Shown here: in pieces, positions 1 to 8,495 of the stretch
Layout: each line of letters starts with the position of its first letter
Position numbering within the stretch: the stretch's first letter is position 1
NCBI GenBank assembly: GCA_964454475.1
Contig: CAYVTJ010000001.1
Coordinates: forward strand, 1 to 26,487
Length of the DNA: 26,487 nt
Source: Candidatus Micrarchaeota archaeon
Lineage (GTDB): Archaea; Micrarchaeota; Micrarchaeia; Anstonellales; Bilamarchaeaceae
Direction: 5' to 3'
The notes under the pieces: model-generated
Told to the model about the DNA's origin: nothing
What the model saw: the letters and a program-made list of their open reading frames with translations, nothing else
The model's database searches: none
Made by a program: the position numbers and the translations under genes

Positions 1-37
1 GTGGAACTATGAAACAAAATCAACGAGAGGAAGTTAA

Positions 38-318
38 ATCAGGATACCACAGCAGACAGATTTTTTCAGAACTTTATTTGGCGGTATTGGAGGAAGAGCG
101 AAGGATTTCATCCCTTCAGTAAAGCTTCTGATGGTAAATAGCTTGAAGAATCAGTGGCAGTTCACCGCATTCTTGATTTCATCCCTAAGGAAAAGCTTTC
201 CATGCTTGGATTCAGGGGAGACATCTCCGACAGAACCCTGAATAGAACTCTTGAGCGTCTTGGGAAAAACGGTCAGTTCATCATAAGGCAGTATCAACAA
301 TGGATAGAAAGCATATAA
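38..318 (+). pseudogene. Transposase N-terminal remnant, probably IS1634-like, frameshifted and truncated
   Basis: Manual translation gives IRIPQQTDFFRTLFGGIGGRAKDFIPSVKLLMVN (frame 2, 38-139). After an apparent 1-nt loss near 139-141 it continues LEESVAVHRILDFIPKEKLSMLGFRGDISDRTLNRTLERLGKNGQFIIRQYQQWIESI* (142-318). The ISxRTLxRTLExLG helix resembles IS1634/IS4-type transposase N-termini. An in-frame TAA lies at 35-37 and no DDE domain follows. The family call is from memory. Confidence 0.5.
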
Positions 319-419
319 TTTTCTGATTACAGACGAATGATTGCATTTCATAGCACCAGACACTACCGAATGCATATACATTTTACCCTGACCCTGGAGA
401 AGAGCCACTCTTTCTGATT

Positions 420-571
420 TTCACTAAGGTAGGAATTTAGTTTTTGCCCGCATTCATATAATTCATCGTCTGACATAGGCATTCTTATCAGCAGTCGTCT
501 CCAGAAAACCAAGGCTCCTGAAGTCGACAACTATAATTCTGCGGGAAAATTCTAAACTATTATTCACTAAG
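420..571. mobile_element. Possible MITE-like or IS-end scar with imperfect inverted repeats and a 9-bp direct repeat
   Basis: TTCACTAAG occurs at 420-428 and 563-571. An imperfect inverted repeat (14/17) lies at 436-452 (TTTAGTTTTTGCCCGCA) and 540-556 (TGCGGGAAAATTCTAAA). The segment is adjacent to the transposase remnant. Confidence 0.25.
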
Positions 572-601
572 TTATTTAAACGGTGAAATCGAGAGTGTTG
601 T

Positions 602-2284
602 ATGAGATTTCATCTGTTATTATTACTTATATTAATAGGTTGTTGCACCTATTACGCTGCCCAGACTTCTCTTATGGTTCCTGCTGTCATGGGCGAGGAT
701 GGCGGACTGGTCAATGCAACCCTGAAGGTTCATCCCGGAAGCGGGGATGTTTACATCGGTGCAGTTCCCCATACCGCAGAAGACACTCAACTTTCAGCAA
801 CCGATGCGATAACATTCGCCAAATCGTTGAGCGGTAATGAATGCCGGGATTGCGATTTCCTTATTCTGTTCGATGATGATCAGGGCAATGGCAGAATAGA
901 AGGTCCTAGTGCCGGCCTTGCAATGTCAGTGATGGCATATTCTCTTCTGAAGAATAAAAGTTACAGGGATGATGCTGTCCTGACCGGTTCGATCAACCAG
1001 GTGGGGGAGCTTGGCTCTGTAGGCGGATTGAGTGAGAAAGTGAAAGCCGCCACTCTTGCCGGAGCGGATTATTTTATCAGTCCCCCAATGGGCTTTTATC
1101 AGATGCTGAGCTTAAGAAAAATAAAAGAAGGCCATAGCATAGAAGTTTTGGAAGCGTCTAATGCCTCCGAGGTATTCGGGTTCATGTTCGAGAACCGGAC
1201 CATCAACCAGTCAGGGTTCAGGGCAGGGGAGCTGGAGCCTCCGGATGTGCCTGCTTACCCTACGGAGGGATTCTCAGGATTCAAAGAGGTATCAAGAGAT
1301 ATGCTTGATCTTCTCAGGATTAAGGTTAATTCCCTGGAATCGGGCGATTCGGAATCAGCAGAGGTTCGTAAATATTTCAGAAACAAGCATAACATTTCAT
1401 CCTATCTTCTTGATAATGGTTATCTTTTTACAGCCGCAAATTCAGCCTTCCTTGATTATATCGAGATATCGACAGTGGATGCGATCATGGGGGATTCCAT
1501 AGATCTAGAAGAGAAGAGATCTGGAGCATACCGGTGCCTGGATTCAATCGACCGGCCTGATATGAGGGATGGAAACTTCCAGTGGATCATCGGGTCAAAA
1601 CTAAGAGAATCCTGGGCTTTAGACCAGCTTGCAGATACAGATATCGCAGACGTAATGACAGAGGAAGAGGAATACAGCCTTTATTATGAATTGATGTATG
1701 CAGATGCATGGTGCCATGTATCCTCCAGTCTTGCATCCAAAGCAGGCATGGAAGGCAAACCGATCAACAGTTCCATCTGGGAGGAGCTGGCAGAGGATTA
1801 TCTTGAGAAGGCAAGAGAGGCAGAACACACCCCAGATACCAAAGACAGGCTGGAAATCGCTGAGATATCTTTCGAAGAAGGGAGGTGTGGGGCCGCGATA
1901 TTCGATTCCGTCTTCGTGGAAAGGATGGATGAGTCCACCTCTGATCTTGAGAATCTGCAGCCTGAACAGCTGTCATCTCTTGTTCAAGAATTGTCAGAGA
2001 AAGAGAGGACGTCGCTGTGGGGGCAGGTCTATCAGAGCCAGGGAGTCTTTCTGATGAAGGTCGGGAATAATGAGACTGCTTATAAGATTCTCAGGCTTGC
2101 AGAAGGCCTGGATGTGGCAAGTGCCCAGATGCTCAGCAAGACAATATCCGAAGAGGAGGATGAAGAAGAGGACTCAGATATCAGCCTGCTTCATCTGTCA
2201 ATCTTTATAATCTTTCTTTTGCTTCTAATCTATGTGGCATGGAGAAAAATGATGAAAGGTCGATCGAATGAAAATAAACGTTGA
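602..2284 (+). CDS. Secreted, membrane-anchored Lon-like serine protease (S16 proteolytic domain, COG1750-type archaeal protease)
   Basis: Hydrophobic N-terminal signal (MRFHLLLLLILIG). GPSAG with Ser103 and VGGLSEK with Lys146 give the 43-residue Lon Ser-Lys dyad spacing. No AAA+ domain. Helical middle region, acidic linker, and a C-terminal TM helix followed by a basic tail. Confidence 0.85.
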   Translation: MRFHLLLLLILIGCCTYYAAQTSLMVPAVMGEDGGLVNATLKVHPGSGDVYIGAVPHTAEDTQLSATDAITFAKSLSGNECRDCDFLILFDDDQGNGRIEGPSAGLAMSVMAYSLLKNKSYRDDAVLTGSINQVGELGSVGGLSEKVKAATLAGADYFISPPMGFYQMLSLRKIKEGHSIEVLEASNASEVFGFMFENRTINQSGFRAGELEPPDVPAYPTEGFSGFKEVSRDMLDLLRIKVNSLESGDSESAEVRKYFRNKHNISSYLLDNGYLFTAANSAFLDYIEISTVDAIMGDSIDLEEKRSGAYRCLDSIDRPDMRDGNFQWIIGSKLRESWALDQLADTDIADVMTEEEEYSLYYELMYADAWCHVSSSLASKAGMEGKPINSSIWEELAEDYLEKAREAEHTPDTKDRLEIAEISFEEGRCGAAIFDSVFVERMDESTSDLENLQPEQLSSLVQELSEKERTSLWGQVYQSQGVFLMKVGNNETAYKILRLAEGLDVASAQMLSKTISEEEDEEEDSDISLLHLSIFIIFLLLLIYVAWRKMMKGRSNENKR

Positions 2285-3098
2285 TGATGTTGTTCTTCTG
2301 CTTGAGCAGAAGAAGAGGAAAGCCGAGGTCGATTTCAGGCTCCAGATGCTCCACCATACTTCGGCAGATGAAGAATCGATGGAATCTCTTGAGAATGAAT
2401 CCTCCTATCTGCGATCCAAGATCGATGACAGAACAAGCAAATTGGAATCAGCAGGAATCCGGATTGTCCGCCCTTTTGGGGAACATATAGACTCCTATAA
2501 TGAAGCCCTCTCCCGCTTATGTGCTGAGCAGATAGTATACGATATGAGAACAAGAGAGGGAGAGCCATACGGCATTCTTTCCAAGAGGGGGGAATTGATA
2601 AAGATGAACCATTCCAATCGATCCAACATTGCAAAGCTTCTCCTACTTTCTTCGAAAATAGATCATCGCAATGATCTCTTCGAGTGCATTCACAAAGGGG
2701 TCATTGACAGGGAAATTCCCGTAACGATATTGGATGAGAAGGAAGCCGGATTCCTTGTGAAGGTGCTCCGGAGGGTGGGCATCATGGCTTCTTTGGATAG
2801 TGGAAGGATTGTAGAGGGTAATGGTGAGTTCACAGAAAAACGAATCGAACTTTCCGGCTCCATGATATGGCTAGACCTGGAAACCCATAAGCGTCTTGTT
2901 GACAATATGGAAAGCATTAAGTTGCTGAACTCCAAGATACAGCTTAAGAATGCCGAGCGCCAGATAAAGGACTTCTCGGAGGAAGAGGAAGCGGAATTCG
3001 CATCATTCCAAAATGAATATTTGAGGTTGCTCAAAGAACAGGACGATCTGCTCCAGGAATTCAGGGATGAGGATGGGATTTCAGTCATAATCTCTTAG
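2268..3098 (+). CDS. Hypothetical protein with coiled-coil-like N- and C-terminal regions
   Basis: 276-aa ORF with protein-like composition that overlaps the protease gene by 17 nt. E/K/L-rich heptad-like ends. No motif recognised. Confidence 0.7.
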   Translation: MKINVDDVVLLLEQKKRKAEVDFRLQMLHHTSADEESMESLENESSYLRSKIDDRTSKLESAGIRIVRPFGEHIDSYNEALSRLCAEQIVYDMRTREGEPYGILSKRGELIKMNHSNRSNIAKLLLLSSKIDHRNDLFECIHKGVIDREIPVTILDEKEAGFLVKVLRRVGIMASLDSGRIVEGNGEFTEKRIELSGSMIWLDLETHKRLVDNMESIKLLNSKIQLKNAERQIKDFSEEEEAEFASFQNEYLRLLKEQDDLLQEFRDEDGISVIIS

Positions 3099-4623
3099 AG
3101 ACGTATGGTCCATTCTGTGAATATCCTTGTTGGAAATAGTATTCCCTCGCTCCAATCCCGCTGGTTATAACCATCTTTTCCCTGCCTTCCTTTTTTGCGA
3201 TCCTTTCTGCATCTTTCAGGAGTCCTCTCCCTATTCCTCTATGCTGGACCTCTCCGGGCTTCCTGATGCCTGCCTGCCTTCCATACACATGAAGCTCCCT
3301 AATCACTCCTGTTTTCTCATGAATCTCCTTGCGATGGCCGCTCTTCGGAAGCCTCAATCTGGTGAATCCTGCAATCAGGCCCTCCCCGTTCTCAGAAGAG
3401 AGAAATATTTCATCCGCTCTGCTTGCTTTATACCTGATCCTCTCAATTGAAAAGGCATCTGAATAATTGCTTTTCCTTAATCCAATCTCCCTTGATCTTA
3501 TCTCCCTTAGTTCTATCCCTTTCCGCGAAATCTCTTTATCGACCAGTTGCCTGAGATTGCTTTTCTTTACTCCATTCTCTATGAACCCTGCAGGAATATC
3601 TCTCTGTACGCGCATGACTCTGACATAAGAGGGGATATGATTAAAGAATTCGGATATGACTTCTGCCGCTTCTTGTGAAGAGTAGGGGTTGAACTCTCCT
3701 TTTTCCACCATTTCAGCCAATTTCGTTCCAGGGATGACAAGCGTTGGATAGATTTTGAGCATATCAGGACGGAACCGTTCATCATCGAATATCCTTTTTA
3801 TCATTGAGATGTCTTTTTCTCTGCTCGATCCAGGAAGGCCTGGCATAATGTGATAGCATATCTTAAGGCCAGAATCCTTCAGGTTTTTTGTTGCCCTTAT
3901 GACATCATCGACAGTATGCCCCCGATTGATTCTTTTGTATATACTATCATCCGGGTGTTGGACGCCCAATTCCACTCGTGTCGCTCCATATGAAAGCATC
4001 CTATCGATATCTTTCCGTGAGCAGACATCTGGCCTGGTTTCTATTGTCAGTCCGATAGCCCTGTGTCTTGCGGTTTCGTTCTTCTTTATTGCATCTTCCA
4101 TTGAATCGGATATGCTATTGTTCAATGCATCATATATGCTTTTTATGAATGTTTTTTGGTACTTATAGTCCGTTTCCAGGAATGTGCCGCCCATTATGAT
4201 GATTTCGCATTTCTCTGTCGGGTGCCCCATTTCCTCAAGCTGTCTTATGCGGTTTGTCACCTGTTTTGAAGGATCAAAACCTGCCTGCCTGGCTCGCAAC
4301 GCCGCTGGCTCCTCTCCAGTATAACTCTTTGCCGCCTTTCCGGTATAAGGGCAATATATGCATCCCTTCCTGCACGATCCTTCTGGTTTTATCATCGCGG
4401 CTATTGAGGTTATGCCCGACATGGTCCTGGATGGCTTTTTCCTGAGCATCAGCCTAACCTGCTCCGGCGCATCATCAGGCAGTTTGGCCAGGATTTCGGA
4501 ATTCTTTATCATTTTTGATATCCTATATTCACAGGATATTCTTCGTTTCAATCTGCCCAGATCGGATTCTCCATCCATAATCCTGCAGATAATCCTTTCT
4601 ATCGCTTTCTCCCGATTTGACAT
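3085..4623 (-). CDS. elp3: Elp3 tRNA uridine(34) acetyltransferase (radical SAM + KAT/GNAT)
   Basis: CRKGCIYC Fe-S motif, SYTGEEPAALRA, IIMGGTF, GLTIETRPD, TRVELGVQ, RPDMLKIYPTLV, RELHVYG and QHRGIG. Start reassigned to the ATG at 4623 (MSNREK) because the longer ORF start at 4728 lies inside the upstream gene. Confidence 0.95.
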   Translation of the reverse strand: MSNREKAIERIICRIMDGESDLGRLKRRISCEYRISKMIKNSEILAKLPDDAPEQVRLMLRKKPSRTMSGITSIAAMIKPEGSCRKGCIYCPYTGKAAKSYTGEEPAALRARQAGFDPSKQVTNRIRQLEEMGHPTEKCEIIIMGGTFLETDYKYQKTFIKSIYDALNNSISDSMEDAIKKNETARHRAIGLTIETRPDVCSRKDIDRMLSYGATRVELGVQHPDDSIYKRINRGHTVDDVIRATKNLKDSGLKICYHIMPGLPGSSREKDISMIKRIFDDERFRPDMLKIYPTLVIPGTKLAEMVEKGEFNPYSSQEAAEVISEFFNHIPSYVRVMRVQRDIPAGFIENGVKKSNLRQLVDKEISRKGIELREIRSREIGLRKSNYSDAFSIERIRYKASRADEIFLSSENGEGLIAGFTRLRLPKSGHRKEIHEKTGVIRELHVYGRQAGIRKPGEVQHRGIGRGLLKDAERIAKKEGREKMVITSGIGAREYYFQQGYSQNGPYVSKRL

Positions 4624-4699
4624 TATACTAGACTGAGGGGATAAGAATAAAAATGCCATGAGAAATCCCTCACTACCCTTATTGTCTGCCATCGGACCG

Positions 4700-5509
4700 T
4701 TAATAGAGATTCGAGAGCAGTCCTGCAAAGGAGTGGATCAATGCCTCAAAGACAGGAAAGATCATGACGCCGTTGTTCGTTGCCTTGTAATCGTTTAGGA
4801 GATCCGGTTCAATGGTCAGGCTGATGTTTTTTTCCTTGTGTATGTTCTTGCTTGCCATCGAAACCACCTTTATTTTCGAGGAATATATCTCCTCCTCACC
4901 ACCTGTTATTTCGTAAGGAATAGTCTTGGCGCTGTTGGGCGGAACAAAGATTGACCTGTTGATTTGCCATCTTTTCGTCCCGCTTGCACTCACCTGAAAG
5001 ACATCGCTTGCTGAACCTTTGTTCCATATGGTTATCCAATATCTGGCAGGTTGGTCAGGTCCAACCGTCTTGTGTTCAGGTTCCACCTCCAAGTCAAGAA
5101 CATCCCAGGTGATCGTTATTCCTGCCGTGAATGTGATATTGCCGAGCTCCTCCCCGTTTTTCTCGTCCACCACAGTTATTTCTGGATAATAACTTCCCTC
5201 GGGAGCATCCTGAGAAGCGGTTACCGTCACTTGAAGGGGCCGTCCATACAGCTTGCTTTTCTCCGATGTCCAGCCATCAGGCAGAGAGGTGGCAAGGGCC
5301 AGATCGTAATAACCTCCTTGACCTCTAATCCCCCCCTCTGTTACAACCGGGTCAATCCTGACATCAATGGTCTGGCCAGGCCCGATGGTTCCAAGGTCTA
5401 TCTCATCACCCTGTTCGACATCCCCCCCATGTGGGGAAATCATATTCACTGAAAAAGCCATCCCTGCGAAAAGAAGCAATAGCCAGATGATCCTTGAAAC
5501 GCTGTTCAT
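4700..5509 (-). CDS. Secreted or surface protein with probable Ig-like beta-sandwich domains (NEW3/CARDB-like)
   Basis: Signal peptide (MNSVSRIIWLLLLFAGMAFS). Alternating beta-strand pattern (YWITIWNKGSASDVFQVSA, LQVTVTA). Hydrophobic C-terminal segment. Confidence 0.65.
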   Translation of the reverse strand: MNSVSRIIWLLLLFAGMAFSVNMISPHGGDVEQGDEIDLGTIGPGQTIDVRIDPVVTEGGIRGQGGYYDLALATSLPDGWTSEKSKLYGRPLQVTVTASQDAPEGSYYPEITVVDEKNGEELGNITFTAGITITWDVLDLEVEPEHKTVGPDQPARYWITIWNKGSASDVFQVSASGTKRWQINRSIFVPPNSAKTIPYEITGGEEEIYSSKIKVVSMASKNIHKEKNISLTIEPDLLNDYKATNNGVMIFPVFEALIHSFAGLLSNLY

Positions 5510-5566
5510 GGTTAAATAACATTATTAAGGATTATAAAGATTGGGATGCTTTTTTTCATTGGTCGT

Positions 5567-7072
5567 TTAGAGGAATGCCTCAATATCCCTCTCTTTTTTC
5601 ATCCTGATTTCCTCGAAATCCCTTGCCTGCTCCCAAAGAGGCTTGCCCCGTTCCCGTTTTTTTGATCTTCTTTCCCTGACCGAGATAAATACTGGATGAT
5701 TTGACGCCTCACCAAGTACTATCGCTTCTCCAACTTTCAACCCTGTTATCGATGCCGTAACATCAGAATCGATTCCTTCTGAACTCCTTTGAATATGGTC
5801 GAGGTCATTAGGGTTGGTCACACGGAGGATGATATGACTGTTGCATTGGGATAATGCCGTCGTGCTGAGGTTGACAGGACGTTGGGATATCAGACAAAGG
5901 CATGCACCGAACTTGCGCCCTTCCCGTGCAATTGTTTCAATGACCCTCCTTGAAATCGTTTCCCTTGCCTCAGCATTGCTAGCAAAGTTGTGTGCTTCTT
6001 CGATAAGCAGCACGAAAGGCGGGATTCTCCCAGATCTTCTCAAGTTAAGAAGACGCCTTGCAGTGTAGGCTACCAAGGTCTGCTTCTTATCCTGCAGATC
6101 GATATCACTCATATCCAGAATGAGTAGTTTTCCTGATGCGACCGCATCTGCCAGTTTCGGGGTTTCTTTGTCAGCAGATATGAAACCGTTTCTGGATAGG
6201 TTTTTGAGACCTCTTTTCAAAGCCGCTTTGGCAGAATCACTCTTCGACGATTCACTCTGGTCGATTGCGTTTATCAGATCATCCATAGAATATCCGTCAG
6301 GATTCTCTTTTCTCAGCATTTCCAGGACATCATCAAGGACCTCTTTTTGGGTGTTGGACAGATTTGGCAGCCATTCCCTTATCATTCCAGAACTCACGTA
6401 TTTCAAAGGAATCCGCATATCATTGCAATCGATGATTTTCGTTTTCATTGAATAATGATCATCATAACCAAATCCGGTATATTCTCCATGTATATCGATT
6501 ACAACTATTGCTATTCTTCCGCCTTCAGGATCACGATCAAGGAGCTCTTCCAGCATAACCGAGGATAGGTGGGATTTTCCCGCTCCGGACATGGCCAGGA
6601 TCGCCATATGCTTTTGCAGCAGTCGTGTCATATCGAATTTCGCAGGCTCATCATGATGCTGGATGCCGCCCAGATGAATGCCATTGTCAAGAAATCCAAG
6701 AAAGGATCTCAGGACATCATTCCTTGCCATAAACACCTGATTCCCCGGAGAGGGGGGGCTGAATACCCTCATGAATCTGCCATCCTGATGATCGCCCAGA
6801 ATCTTCACCCGTGCAATAGAATATTCCCAGTTTCCGGAGGGGAAATGTCGGGACATTCCAGAAACAGATTCATAATCAGCAACCGTCTCTGCCCGCTCAA
6901 AGTACCTGTTCGCCTTATATATCTCGCTCACTGTTCCGAAGATATCTCCTTTCCCTGATTTTGCCTCGACATATTGACCTTTTTTCACATTCCCTTCCTT
7001 GTCTATCACAAAAGAGAATTCGGTTGTTGACGGGCTGCTTTCTGATGCGATTATTGTTCCCAGGCGTTGCAT
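5567..7072 (-). CDS. herA: HerA/FtsK-family ATPase (HAS barrel + DUF87)
   Basis: N-terminal HAS-barrel-like region (GTIIASESSPSTTEFSF, KKGQYV). Walker A AMSGAGKS, DIHGEY, Walker B LLIEEAHNF, IAREGRKFG, LISQRP, and LKVGEAIVLG. Confidence 0.9.
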   Translation of the reverse strand: MQRLGTIIASESSPSTTEFSFVIDKEGNVKKGQYVEAKSGKGDIFGTVSEIYKANRYFERAETVADYESVSGMSRHFPSGNWEYSIARVKILGDHQDGRFMRVFSPPSPGNQVFMARNDVLRSFLGFLDNGIHLGGIQHHDEPAKFDMTRLLQKHMAILAMSGAGKSHLSSVMLEELLDRDPEGGRIAIVVIDIHGEYTGFGYDDHYSMKTKIIDCNDMRIPLKYVSSGMIREWLPNLSNTQKEVLDDVLEMLRKENPDGYSMDDLINAIDQSESSKSDSAKAALKRGLKNLSRNGFISADKETPKLADAVASGKLLILDMSDIDLQDKKQTLVAYTARRLLNLRRSGRIPPFVLLIEEAHNFASNAEARETISRRVIETIAREGRKFGACLCLISQRPVNLSTTALSQCNSHIILRVTNPNDLDHIQRSSEGIDSDVTASITGLKVGEAIVLGEASNHPVFISVRERRSKKRERGKPLWEQARDFEEIRMKKERDIEAFL

Positions 7073-7138
7073 TCCAATCCCATCCCTATATATGAAGGCG
7101 GATATATAATTCTTGGCGAAATTGGATAGTTTTCTTCC

Positions 7139-7636
7139 CTACTCAATACTTGCCCTTCCGAACTTCAGGAACCTGGGCTTTTCTTTCGAAGGATTCGCGA
7201 TAGCTATGAAGAGTTCTTTTCTCAACCTTCCGGCAAATCTGAGGGATTCTTCAAGAGAATCGGGCGTAGCCTTCCAATCCTTACCCACAACCTCGATCAA
7301 GGCATAGGTCCTTTCATCCCCGGGCCGGAAACCTTTTCTGTGCAATCTGAGATATCCACTTCCGTCAAGACTCGGTCTGGTAATATATCCTCTATCGCGC
7401 AGATATTTGATCACAGCGAATTTTTCATCCGCCATCCCATCTTTCTCTCTGGCTAAAGCGAGAAGCTGTTCTCTGTCCAGTTCCAGAACCCCTTTATATG
7501 AGAAATATGCTCCTTCGAGTAATGTTATCTTGCTCTCATCAGCGGTCTCGACGCCAGCACCAAGGCTCCTCAACCTAAGTATGAGTTTCCTGTCCCTGAT
7601 CCTGATAAAGTCCTTCCCGATTAGATAATCGTCCAT
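7139..7636 (-). CDS. endA: tRNA-splicing endonuclease homolog, probably a non-catalytic (structural, beta-type) subunit
   Basis: ITLLEGAYF, KFAVIKYLRDRGY and RFAGRLRKELFIA match the EndA fold. An ungapped comparison with the remembered M. jannaschii catalytic segment puts Gly92 at the catalytic Tyr and Arg109 at the catalytic His. The catalytic Lys is retained (K140). Confidence 0.75.
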   Translation of the reverse strand: MDDYLIGKDFIRIRDRKLILRLRSLGAGVETADESKITLLEGAYFSYKGVLELDREQLLALAREKDGMADEKFAVIKYLRDRGYITRPSLDGSGYLRLHRKGFRPGDERTYALIEVVGKDWKATPDSLEESLRFAGRLRKELFIAIANPSKEKPRFLKFGRASIE

Positions 7637-7637
7637 C

Positions 7638-8093
7638 TCATCCCCCTCTTGGAATTCGATAACTGTTCGATTCTTCCTTTATCTCATCCATAACTCTATG
7701 CAGTGTGTTCAGGGGCATGGAGGGTATCATTATCTCGGTTCCAGGACCTCCCGCAGTATCGATCTCAAGAGTACCGAGACTGAATATCCGTTCGATGAAG
7801 GACTGCCGCATGCTGACATCGGTTATTTTGGAATATGGTATGTGTTTTCTTCTCACAGACATTACACCAATCACATGAATAATCTCGTCTTCCGTGACTT
7901 CAAGGGTTGTGAATCTGGTCGATGCATACGCCATCAGACAGAGCAATACGGCAAGGCCCCAGATGAAGGGAAGGCCCAGGAGGAATAGGTCCGGCAAGAG
8001 AATCGACATCCCAAGACTCAGGATGGTGGCGATCAGAAGAATGCCTGCTATCTTTGCCACAGGGTTGGGGTGAACCCTTTCCTTTATGGTCAT
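7638..8093 (-). CDS. Membrane protein with bacterial PH domain (bPH_2, YdbS/YdbT-like)
   Basis: Two N-terminal TM helices followed by IPYSKITDVSMRQSFIERIFSLGTLEIDTAGG, typical of bPH_2. The stop codon is 1 nt from the endA-like start. Confidence 0.85.
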   Translation of the reverse strand: MTIKERVHPNPVAKIAGILLIATILSLGMSILLPDLFLLGLPFIWGLAVLLCLMAYASTRFTTLEVTEDEIIHVIGVMSVRRKHIPYSKITDVSMRQSFIERIFSLGTLEIDTAGGPGTEIMIPSMPLNTLHRVMDEIKEESNSYRIPRGG

Positions 8094-8140
8094 GAGAAGT
8101 TATCGCACTATCTTATTAAAAAATGTGTCTGTCAGCCAAG

Positions 8141-8175
8141 CATGGGATGTCACGGTCATGGGATGTCACGGTCAT
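8141..8175. repeat. Perfect 16-bp tandem duplication
   Basis: CATGGGATGTCACGGT at 8141-8156 and 8157-8172, followed by CAT. It lies in the roughly 400-nt non-coding gap between the divergent PH-domain and RNase H genes. Confidence 0.9.
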
Positions 8176-8495
8176 TTTGCACTCCAAGGCTTCACACTGA
8201 GAATTCGAATCGGATAGATTTAAGCATATTTTTGAGAAACAGGTTTCACTGCTTCTGAGTTTTCACTGCTGATTAGTTGGCATTTGCTAACGAACAGACA
8301 AAAGAAATCGCAAGGAGAAAACAAATCCCTGCGTAGTATAGTCGAGGGACCGGAAAAGATGGATCAAAATGACAGGAATGAACCATTTTCTGATTTTGCA
8401 GGGGCTATGTGAAATTCAACCGCCCGGGAATGGAAAACATCGAGTGCTTAGGCTGTAGGAATCGATTTTATATTTACAGATGTAGAAATGTACAC

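Noticed and set aside
3085-4623. Elp3 CxxxCxxC spacing differs from the CX4CX2C I recall for some archaeal Elp3
   Set aside because: This is the canonical radical-SAM spacing, and spacing is known to vary within Elp3. Not remarkable.
4624-4728. N-terminal extension of Elp3 in the ORF track
   Set aside because: It overlaps the upstream gene and does not look like Elp3. The ATG at 4623 is the more plausible start. The same reasoning applies to the extended starts of rnhA (8409), ychF (10927) and Pop5 (12818).
8201-8215. TTCGAATC resembling a tRNA T-loop
   Set aside because: No flanking T-stem (GG...CC) or cloverleaf.
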